DNA from: Solirubrobacteraceae bacterium
GTDB taxonomy: Bacteria > Actinomycetota > Thermoleophilia > Solirubrobacterales > Solirubrobacteraceae
Direction: 5' to 3'
DNA: 61,211 nucleotides
Assembly (NCBI GenBank): GCA_035604915.1
Contig: DATNHQ010000023.1
Coordinates: 1-61,211, forward strand
In this document: positions 1-7,423 of the stretch, one piece after another
Numbering within the stretch: the stretch's first letter is position 1
How the letters are laid out: the number at the start of each line of letters is the position of its first letter
The notes under the pieces: generated by a model
The model's database searches: none
Told to the model about the DNA's origin: nothing
The model's input: the letters and a program-made list of their open reading frames with translations, nothing else
Translations under genes and position numbers: made by a program

Positions 1-363
1 CTCGAGCGCGACCTCGCGGTTCAAGCAACCCTTCATCTCAGCGATGAGTCCGTCGTCGATGGTCAGCACGACGTAGCGGATTCCGTTGTCGAGCGGCCAG
101 CCCTCGGGGTCGGCTTGCGCCGGCCGGAACGCCACGACGACGCGCTCGCCGACCTCGAGAACCTCCTCGACGTCGCCGTCCAGGGCGCCGCGCGCACGGT
201 TGTCGCGCAACACGTCGAGGATCTGCACGCGGCTCTCGCAGTTCCAGGGCCCGTCCTCGACGGCCCGCCATTTCGCGTTCTCCGCGAACACCGACTCCAC
301 AGCTTCGAAGTCGCCGCCGGAAAGCGCCCGCCAGGCTTCGCGCACCTGCGGTTCGAGATCCAT
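1..363 (-). CDS. SnoaL-like / NTF2-fold small protein, 3' end cut by window edge
   Basis: There is a minus-strand ATG (cat at 361-363). My own translation, MDLEPQVREAWRALSGGDFEAVESVFAENAKWRAVEDGPWNCESRVQILDVL..., stays open to position 1. It is absent from the ORF track because no stop lies in the window. The pattern resembles SnoaL/ketosteroid-isomerase-like proteins. Confidence 0.5.
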   Translation of the reverse strand, partial: MDLEPQVREAWRALSGGDFEAVESVFAENAKWRAVEDGPWNCESRVQILDVLRDNRARGALDGDVEEVLEVGERVVVAFRPAQADPEGWPLDNGIRYVVLTIDDGLIAEMKGCLNREVALE

Positions 364-579
364 AGGCCGCAGCGTACCCCCGGATCCGAGCGTTGCGCAA
401 CCCGTTGTGGGGCGGGCGTCGGGTGGGCTCGAGATTTTTCGCTCCAGCCCACATCCGATTCGGGGTTTCGACCGTAACAAGGGCAAGCCCCGCGAAACAC
501 AACTGCCAGTCGCTTGCAATTGGCTAGCGTGCCGGGTGGGGTGGTTCGGATAATCGGCGACGGCCCACAGGGAGAGCAG

Positions 580-1713
580 GTGTCGAAATTGGGATCGGTC
601 AGCGCCAGCGCCCGCCGGCTGCGGTTGCGCGATCGCCTGAGCGCTCAGGAGTGGCGGGCGGTCGCGGCGATGGCGGCGGTCGTCCTGGGTTTGCACGCGA
701 TCGGTTTCTTTCTGCTGTTCGCGCTGGTGGCGCCGCATCACTACCGCCTGGGTGGCGGCGGCGCGTTCGCGATCGGGACGGGCGTGACGGCCTACACCCT
801 CGGCATGCGCCACGCCTTCGACGCCGATCACATCGCCGCGATCGACAACACCACGCGCAAGCTGATGTCCGAGGGCAAGCGCCCGATGAGCGTCGGATTC
901 TGGTTCTCGCTCGGGCACTCGACGGTGGTGTTCGTGCTGGCGTTTCTGTTCGCGGCCGGCGTCAGGGCGCTGGCCGGCCCCGTGACCCACGGCGGCTCGC
1001 AACTGCACAACGTGACCAACTGGATCGGGACCGGCGTCTCGGGCACGTTTCTGTACCTGATCGCAGCACTCAACGTGGTCATCCTGCTCGGCATCCTCAA
1101 GGTGTTCCGCGAGATGCGGGCCGGCCACTATGACGAGGCCGCGCTGGAGCAGCAGCTGAACGCGCGCGGGTTCATGAATCGGATCTTCGGTCGCTTCACG
1201 AAGACGATCTCCAAGCCGTGGCAGATGTATCCAGTGGGCGTGCTGTTCGGCTTGGGCTTCGACACCGCGACCGAGGTCGCGCTGCTCTTCCTCGCCGCCG
1301 GGGCTGCGGGCGCCGGGCTGCCGTTCTACGCGATTCTCTGCCTGCCGATCCTGTTCGCCGCCGGGATGTCGCTGCTCGACACGATCGACGGCTCCTTCAT
1401 GAACTTCGCCTACGGCTGGGCGTTCTCCAAGCCCGTCCGCAAGCTCTTCTACAACATCACGATCACGGGGCTCTCGGTTGCCGTCGCGCTCGTGATCGGC
1501 ACGATCGAGTTGGGCGGCATCATCGCGTCGCAGCTCAACGCGCAGGGACCGTTCTGGTCCGGCCTCGAGCACATCAACGTCAACACGCTCGGCTTCATCA
1601 TCGCCGGCATGTTCGTCGCAACCTGGCTGTTCGCGCTGGCGATCTGGCGCTTCGGCCGAATCGAGGAACGCTGGGGCGTGGATCCTGCGCCGCCCGGCGG
1701 CGAGGCGTCGTGA
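580..1713 (+). CDS. HoxN/HupN/NixA-family (NiCoT) nickel/cobalt permease
   Basis: The NiCoT signature HAFDADHIAAIDNTTRKL is present, together with GHSTVV and multiple TM helices. The longest ORF starts at TTG 514. I prefer GTG 580, which is preceded by agggagag, but the start is uncertain. Confidence 0.85.
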   Translation: MSKLGSVSASARRLRLRDRLSAQEWRAVAAMAAVVLGLHAIGFFLLFALVAPHHYRLGGGGAFAIGTGVTAYTLGMRHAFDADHIAAIDNTTRKLMSEGKRPMSVGFWFSLGHSTVVFVLAFLFAAGVRALAGPVTHGGSQLHNVTNWIGTGVSGTFLYLIAALNVVILLGILKVFREMRAGHYDEAALEQQLNARGFMNRIFGRFTKTISKPWQMYPVGVLFGLGFDTATEVALLFLAAGAAGAGLPFYAILCLPILFAAGMSLLDTIDGSFMNFAYGWAFSKPVRKLFYNITITGLSVAVALVIGTIELGGIIASQLNAQGPFWSGLEHINVNTLGFIIAGMFVATWLFALAIWRFGRIEERWGVDPAPPGGEAS

Positions 1714-2162
1714 CGCTCGCCCCGCAGACGCATCGTCTGCCGTTCGAGACGATCGACGATGCGATTGAGGCGCTTCGCCGGCGCGGCCTACGACTGTCGA
1801 TGACGCGGCAACTCGTGCTGGAGGCGCTGTTCGCCGCACGCGGACCGATTGCGGCCGAGGACATCGCATCGCGCCTGAGGCTCGTGGCCACCTCGGTGTA
1901 TCGCAACCTCGAACTGCTCGAACGCCATGGCCTGGTGCGCCACGTGCACCTCGGTCACGGTCCAGGGCTCTACGCGCTCGTCGGTCATGGCGAGCACGAG
2001 TACATCTATTGCCCGGGCTGCGGCACCGCTCGAACAGTCCGGCCCGAGTTGCTGGATCCCGTGCGCAGCCACATCAAGAAGCGCTTCGGCTACGAGGTCC
2101 GCTTCACGCACTTCGCGCTCGTGGGGCAGTGCCTGCGCTGCGCCACGCCCGCCGGGACCTGA
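1710..2162 (+). CDS. Fur-family metalloregulator (Nur-like by context)
   Basis: In-frame GTG at 1710 overlaps the permease stop (GTGA). The sequence shows a winged helix (SVYRNLELLERHGLV), HLGHGPG...HGEHE and CPGCG...CLRC metal-site motifs typical of Fur proteins. Confidence 0.8.
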   Translation: MTLAPQTHRLPFETIDDAIEALRRRGLRLSMTRQLVLEALFAARGPIAAEDIASRLRLVATSVYRNLELLERHGLVRHVHLGHGPGLYALVGHGEHEYIYCPGCGTARTVRPELLDPVRSHIKKRFGYEVRFTHFALVGQCLRCATPAGT

Positions 2163-2177
2163 GCGATACTGAGGGCG

Positions 2178-2567
2178 ATGAGCCCGCGCAATGTGCTTGG
2201 TGGGGAGCTCGAACCGTGCAGCGTTGAGCCGATGACCGGATTCTTCCGTGACGGCTGCTGTAACACGAGCGCGGAGGACCGCGGCAGTCACACCATCTGC
2301 GCGGTCGTCACCGCTGAGTTCCTCGAGCACCAGCGCGGGATCGGCAATGACCTCACGACGCCGATGCCGATGTACGACTTTCCAGGCCTCGTTCCCGGCG
2401 ACCGCTGGTGCGTTACGGCGGCGAACTGGCTGCGGGCGTTCGAGGACGGGGCTGCCGCCTTCGTCGTGCTTGCCTCGACGCACGAGCGGGCGCTCGACAT
2501 CGTTCCGCTGCGCGCGCTGCGCGAGCACGCAGTCGATGTGCCTGCGGACCCCGGAGCGCTCGCCTGA
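2178..2567 (+). CDS. DUF2237 family protein
   Basis: 129 aa protein with GFFRDGCCNT...HTICA...CVTAANW, the conserved Cys pattern of DUF2237. Confidence 0.7.
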   Translation: MSPRNVLGGELEPCSVEPMTGFFRDGCCNTSAEDRGSHTICAVVTAEFLEHQRGIGNDLTTPMPMYDFPGLVPGDRWCVTAANWLRAFEDGAAAFVVLASTHERALDIVPLRALREHAVDVPADPGALA

Positions 2568-2598
2568 GCCGGCCGTGCGATTGGCGTAAGCTCAGCCG

Positions 2599-3018
2599 AT
2601 GCCCGCGGCCGACGACGAGCTCTTTGGCGCCGAGCACGTCCGCGCCTACCGCGAGAGCGCCGGCGAGCACGGCTACAACTGGCGCGGGACGACGATCCTC
2701 CTGCTCACGACGACCGGGCGCTCGAGCGGGCAGCCGCGGACAACGCCGCTGATCCACCGCGCTGACGGCGGGAACTGGGTGGTTGTCGCCTCCAAGGGCG
2801 GCGCGCCCGAGCACCCGGCCTGGTACGAGAACCTGGTCGCGAACCCGGAGGCGACGATTCAGGTACGCGCCGAGGAGATCCCGGTGACGGCGTCCACCGC
2901 GGCCGGTGCCGAGCGCGACCGCCTGTGGGCACTGATGACCGAAGTCTGGCCTGGCTACGACGACTACCAGGCGAAGACCTCGCGCGAGATCCCGATCGTC
3001 GTGTTCGCGCGGCGCTGA
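2599..3018 (+). CDS. Deazaflavin (F420)-dependent nitroreductase family protein (DUF385/Ddn-like)
   Basis: The sequence LLLTTTGRSSGQPRTTPLIH...VVASKGGAPEHPAWYENL...IPIVVF is characteristic of the Ddn/DUF385 family. Confidence 0.8.
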   Translation: MPAADDELFGAEHVRAYRESAGEHGYNWRGTTILLLTTTGRSSGQPRTTPLIHRADGGNWVVVASKGGAPEHPAWYENLVANPEATIQVRAEEIPVTASTAAGAERDRLWALMTEVWPGYDDYQAKTSREIPIVVFARR

Positions 3019-3210
3019 GCTTCGCCTCCGTCCCCGCCCAGCCGGCGATGAGGATCGCGGGAGGCCGGCCGACCGGCGCCGGGTCAGCCAACCGGTGGCT
3101 GGTCGGTCTCGCTGATCCGAGCCGGGAGCAGTAGCGCACCAGCACATAGTCGGGCGAGCTGGGCCGAGCTTTGCGATGCTTGCGAGCGCGAGACCTCAGA
3201 CCGCAGGGGG

Positions 3211-4842
3211 ATGCAGATGCTGCCGGGCCTGATGCAGGACGACTTCCAGCTGACGCTGCAGCATGTGTTGGCGAGGATGCGCGCCTTCCCGACGGCGGGC
3301 GAGGTCGTGACGTTGACCGAAACGGGCGTCGTGCGTGAAGGCCACGGCGCGCTCGTCGCGCGGATCGACCGCCTCGCGCGCGCGCTCGTCACGCTGGGGG
3401 TCTCGCGCGGCGATCGCGTCGGCACATTCGCGTGGAACACGCAGCGCCACGTCGAGTGCTACCTCGCGATCCCCTGCCTCGGCGCGGTCCTCCACACGAT
3501 CAACCTGCGGCTCTTCCCCGAGCAGATCGCCTACGTCATCAACCACGCCGAGGATCGGATCGTGTTCGTCGAGGACTCGCTGGTGCCGCTGCTCGAGCCG
3601 CTAGCGGGCAAGCTCGAGCACGTCGAGCACTTCGTCGTGATGGGCGACGGGCCGACCGGGGCGCTCCCGCGCGTGCTCCGCTACGAGGAGCTGCTCGAGG
3701 CGGCCGATCCCGGCCCCGCGCCCTACCCCGAGCTTGACGAGCGCGAGGCCGCCGCCCTCTGTTACACCTCGGGCACCACGGGCAACCCCAAGGGCGTTCT
3801 CTACTCGCACCGCTCGAGCACACTGCACTCGGCGGGGGTGCTGATGAGCGGGTCGCTCGGGGTTAGCGGCGACGACCGGATCCTCGTGGTGGTGCCGATG
3901 TTCCACGTCAACGCCTGGGGGCTGCCCTACGCGGCGGCGCTCGCCGGCGCGACGCTCGTGCTGCCGGGTCGCCACCTCGGCCCGGAGTCACTCGCGAAGC
4001 TGATCGAGAGCGAGCGTTGCACCGTGATGGCGTGCGTGCCGACGATCTACGCGGCGTTGCTTCGCTACGCCGATGAGCACCAGCCGAACCTGCGCTCAAT
4101 CAAGGCTGCGATCTGCGGCGGCGCGACGATGCCGGTCTCACTCGCGCAGGCCTTCCAGGAACGCCACGGAATGCCGCTGATGCACGCCTGGGGAATGACC
4201 GAGACGAGCCCTATGTGCACGGTCGCGCGCGCGCCGGCCGACATCGGCGCGGAGGAGGAGTGGCGCGTCCGCGCGACCCAGGGACGGCCGGTGCCGTTCG
4301 TCGACCTGCGGCTCGTGGGGGAGTCGGGCGAAGAGGTCGCCTGGGACGGCGTCGCGACCGGCGAAATCGAGGTTCGCGGCCCCTGGATCGCGCGCGCCTA
4401 CTTCAAGGAGGATGTGCCCGAGAAGTTCGACGACGGCTGGCTGCGCACGGGCGACATCGCGAACGTCGACCCGGGCGGGTGGGTGACGATCACCGACCGC
4501 TCGAAGGACGTGATCAAGTCGGGCGGGGAGTGGATCTCATCGGTCGAGCTCGAGAATCAGCTGATGGCGCACCCGGCGGTGCGCGAGGCGGCTGTCATCG
4601 CCATGCCCGACGAGCGCTGGACCGAGCGGCCGCTGGCGTGCGTCGTGCTCGAGGACGACGCCAACGTGAGCGCGGCCGACCTGGTCGAGCACCTCCGCGG
4701 CAAGGTCGCCGCCTGGTGGCTGCCGGAGGAGTTCGCGTTCGTCGCCGAGGTGCCGAAGACGAGCGTCGGCAAGTTCGACAAGAAGGGGTTGCGGCAGGCG
4801 CTTGCGGAAGGAAGGCTCGAGGGTCGCGTGCGGGTGAAGTGA
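3211..4842 (+). CDS. Long-chain/medium-chain acyl-CoA ligase (AMP-dependent synthetase)
   Basis: The AMP-binding motif YTSGTTGNPKGV, plus GWLRTGD and KTSVGKFDKK, in a 543 aa protein. Confidence 0.9.
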   Translation: MQMLPGLMQDDFQLTLQHVLARMRAFPTAGEVVTLTETGVVREGHGALVARIDRLARALVTLGVSRGDRVGTFAWNTQRHVECYLAIPCLGAVLHTINLRLFPEQIAYVINHAEDRIVFVEDSLVPLLEPLAGKLEHVEHFVVMGDGPTGALPRVLRYEELLEAADPGPAPYPELDEREAAALCYTSGTTGNPKGVLYSHRSSTLHSAGVLMSGSLGVSGDDRILVVVPMFHVNAWGLPYAAALAGATLVLPGRHLGPESLAKLIESERCTVMACVPTIYAALLRYADEHQPNLRSIKAAICGGATMPVSLAQAFQERHGMPLMHAWGMTETSPMCTVARAPADIGAEEEWRVRATQGRPVPFVDLRLVGESGEEVAWDGVATGEIEVRGPWIARAYFKEDVPEKFDDGWLRTGDIANVDPGGWVTITDRSKDVIKSGGEWISSVELENQLMAHPAVREAAVIAMPDERWTERPLACVVLEDDANVSAADLVEHLRGKVAAWWLPEEFAFVAEVPKTSVGKFDKKGLRQALAEGRLEGRVRVK

Positions 4843-4862
4843 CGCGCGTCGACGCGCCGCTG

Positions 4863-4891
4863 CCGCTGGAAGCCGAGTTCGGCCTGGTCTG
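4863..4891 (+). repeat. Copy A of a quasi-palindromic ~20-30 nt motif (CCGCTSGAASCCGARTTCGGCCTG)
   Basis: ccgctggaagccgagttcggcctggtctg lies 20 nt downstream of the acyl-CoA ligase stop. It matches copy B at about 21 of 24 core positions. Confidence 0.6.
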
Positions 4892-5275
4892 ACTCGTCGT
4901 CGCAGTCGAAGCTGGCGCTGGCGTGGCTGCGCCCGCGGCCCGGGCGGTCGTGGGGCCGCCGTGATCTGCCAACGAGCAGGCTTACCCAGGCCGTCAGAAG
5001 CCGGGACAGTAAGGAGCTGGAGCGCCAGCGTGATACGCCGCTCGCTGGTCCCCCGACCCGGTCACCTGGCCGGCCAGCCTAATGCAAGCGACTGGCATTT
5101 GTGTCTACGTCGGAGTGTGGTTAGTACGCTCGCGACCCGGCAACGGATGAGTACGAGGAGACGAGATGTCGGCCGCGATCGGGGCACTTTCTTCCGCATC
5201 TGCGAGGCCGACTGATCCGCTCCCGCGGGTCGTCCGTATCGACCATATAGGTGAAAACTCCAAGAGGAGGACTCC

Positions 5276-5518
5276 GTGAGTGACCTCACGCGGCGTGATT
5301 TGGTCAAGAACTCTGTGGTGACCGCAGCCGGCATGACGGTGATCGGAGCGTTCGCTGCCGACGCTGCCAGTGCCGACAGTGGTGCAGCCGGATCCGAGCC
5401 CGTCGTCGCCTTTGTCAGCGATCCGAGCAAGGGCGAGATCTCGGTCATGAAGGGCGAGCGCGAGGTCAAGCTGCGTGATCGCAAGCTCGCGAGGGACATC
5501 TCCCGCGCGGTCCGCTGA
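5276..5518 (+). CDS. Small protein with twin-arginine (Tat) signal peptide
   Basis: A GTG start follows the RBS aagaggagg. The N-terminus MSDLTRRDLVKNSVVTAAGMTVIGAFAADAASA fits a Tat leader. The mature part is only about 47 aa. Confidence 0.6.
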   Translation: MSDLTRRDLVKNSVVTAAGMTVIGAFAADAASADSGAAGSEPVVAFVSDPSKGEISVMKGEREVKLRDRKLARDISRAVR

Positions 5519-5559
5519 CCCGAACCAGACCAACTTCTAAAGGAAGGACGGGGAACCGT

Positions 5560-6936
5560 ATGTCGTCTCACCGTGAGGCGCCGGCGATCAGCCAAGACGC
5601 AGTCGCCGACAGCACCGATCTATACGCGTTCGTGAGCCCGGACGATCCGAGCACGGTCACGATCATCGCGAACTACCTGCCGGGCGAGGCCCCGTTCGGC
5701 GGCCCGAACTTCTACGAGTTCGGCGACGACGTCCTCTACAGAATCAACATCGACAACGACGCCGACGGCAAGCCCGAGATCATCTACGAGTTCCAGTTCA
5801 GGACAGAGATCTCCAACAAGGCCACATTCCTCTACAACGTCGGCCCGATCTCGAGCCTCGGCAGCGCGAACTGGATCCGCAAGCAGTTCTACACGGTCAC
5901 GCGCGTCGTCGGCGGGAAGCAAACCGTCCTCGGTCGAAACCTCCCCTGCCCGCCGTGCAACATCGGCCCGGGCTCGACGTCCAACTACGAGTCGCTGGCG
6001 TCCGCGGCGATTCGCCAATTGGGTAATGGGCACACCGTGTTCGCGGGCCAGCGGCTCGACCCGTTCTACGTCGACCTCGGCTCGATCTTCGACCTCGGCG
6101 ACCTGAGGCCGCTGAACAAGGTCGGTCCGCTGAAGCTCGCGGCTACGCACGGGGTCGACTCGCTCAGCCAGATGAACGTCCAGTCGATCGCGCTCAAGGT
6201 CCCGAAGACCGCGCTCACGAGCAACGGCTCGAACCCGACCGACGTCACCAAGCCGACCTCGGTGATCGGTGTCTGGACCTCTGCCAGCCGCCGCAAGTCG
6301 GTGATCCACAACGGCGACGGCACGACCACGCAGACGGGTCCGTACGTGCAGGTCTCGCGCCTGGGCAACCCGCTCGTCAACGAGGCCGTGATCCCGATGG
6401 CTTTCAAAGACGGGTGGAACGCCGACGCGCCGGCAGGCGACTCGCAGTACGCGAAGTTCGTAGCCAACCCCGAGCTCCAGTCGCTGCTGAACGTGCTCTA
6501 CGCGGGCGCGTTCCCCCACCTCGCGGCGCTGGCGTCATCAGGCAAGCCTCGGGCCGACCTCGAGGCGGTGCTCCTGACGGGGCTCCCGTCCGGGATCGTG
6601 CCCGGGTTCCAGAACAACACCGGCAAGACGCTGGCCGACCAGCTGCGGCTGAACATGGCGATCCCGCCGGCCAAGAAGCCCAACGCGGGCGGGCTGGCAT
6701 TCGGCGACGCCGCCGGCTATCCGAATGGCCGCCGGCCGGCCGACGATGTTGTGACGATCATCCTGCGTGCGGTCGCCGGTCTGCTCTATCCGCTGATCGA
6801 CAAGACCTACAAGGTCGACGCGGCGGTGTCGCTCGTCAGCGACGGCCTCGGGCCGCAGAACAGCTCGTACCTTTCGGGCTTCCCCTACCTCGGAACGCCG
6901 TCGAGCGGGTACGACACGAAGGGGCTTGCGGCGTAG
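5560..6936 (+). CDS. DUF4331 domain protein (no signal peptide)
   Basis: The protein starts MSSHREAPAISQDAVADSTDLYAFVSP, the hallmark N-terminal block of mature DUF4331 proteins. RBS aaggaagg lies upstream. 458 aa. Confidence 0.8.
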   Translation: MSSHREAPAISQDAVADSTDLYAFVSPDDPSTVTIIANYLPGEAPFGGPNFYEFGDDVLYRINIDNDADGKPEIIYEFQFRTEISNKATFLYNVGPISSLGSANWIRKQFYTVTRVVGGKQTVLGRNLPCPPCNIGPGSTSNYESLASAAIRQLGNGHTVFAGQRLDPFYVDLGSIFDLGDLRPLNKVGPLKLAATHGVDSLSQMNVQSIALKVPKTALTSNGSNPTDVTKPTSVIGVWTSASRRKSVIHNGDGTTTQTGPYVQVSRLGNPLVNEAVIPMAFKDGWNADAPAGDSQYAKFVANPELQSLLNVLYAGAFPHLAALASSGKPRADLEAVLLTGLPSGIVPGFQNNTGKTLADQLRLNMAIPPAKKPNAGGLAFGDAAGYPNGRRPADDVVTIILRAVAGLLYPLIDKTYKVDAAVSLVSDGLGPQNSSYLSGFPYLGTPSSGYDTKGLAA

Positions 6937-6938
6937 AG

Positions 6939-7310
6939 ATGGAGCCTGCGATGCACACAGCAACCGTCGTGCACAGCCACGGAGGGCCGGCGCACAGCCA
7001 CGAAGTGGGCATCGGCACCCCGGCGTCGAGCGCGAGCGTCGCGCTCGACATCGGGGGCGGACGCGGCGCGCTGATCATCTATCCGAGCGAGCGTTATCGC
7101 GGGCTCGAGATCGAGATCAGCCCCGCGGACGGGAGCGGGCACCGAGTCCATACCGGTGTCCACGAGCGCAGCTCGGACGCTGGCTCCACGCTGACCGCGA
7201 TCTTCGGATCGCTCCCGGCCGGGCGGTACATCGTCTGGTGTGACGAAGCGACAGCCGGTGAAACCGTCACGGTGCCCGACGGAGCGATCGCGGAAGTCAA
7301 CCTCGCCTAG
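6939..7310 (+). CDS. Hypothetical small protein with His-rich N-terminus
   Basis: ATG 6939 lies 2 nt after the DUF4331 stop. The sequence is MEPAMHTATVVHSHGGPAHSHEV... followed by a beta-rich segment (GALIIYPSERYRGLEIEI...GRYIVWCDE). I recognise no family. Confidence 0.55.
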   Translation: MEPAMHTATVVHSHGGPAHSHEVGIGTPASSASVALDIGGGRGALIIYPSERYRGLEIEISPADGSGHRVHTGVHERSSDAGSTLTAIFGSLPAGRYIVWCDEATAGETVTVPDGAIAEVNLA

Positions 7311-7423
7311 CGGAGGAGGGTGGCGCGAGATCGAATGCCTCGCGATCGCCTCTAGACGCTACGGGCTATTTGCGCGCCTCCGGATGGCACACTGATGCTC
7401 ATCCGAATAGGCGGAGAGTGTGG

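Noticed and set aside
4857-4892. Copy A of the repeat read as a coding C-terminus (plus frame ...LPLEAEFGLV*, or minus frame ...AELGFQR...)
   Set aside because: The plus frame is an out-of-frame overlap of the acyl-CoA ligase. The minus frame has no stop after the motif and runs antisense into the ligase. I therefore regard copy A as a DNA-level copy only.
4961-5215. 84-aa plus-strand ORF in the long spacer
   Set aside because: It has poor third-position GC for this genome, no RBS and an odd composition (C, W, R rich). I treated it as non-coding leader.
7311-7423. Possible long-range stem (CGGAGG...GCGCG / CGCGC CTCCG) between the convergent His-rich gene and the sigma fusion gene
   Set aside because: The stem is interrupted and imperfect, and I cannot evaluate folding energy by eye, so I did not call it a terminator.
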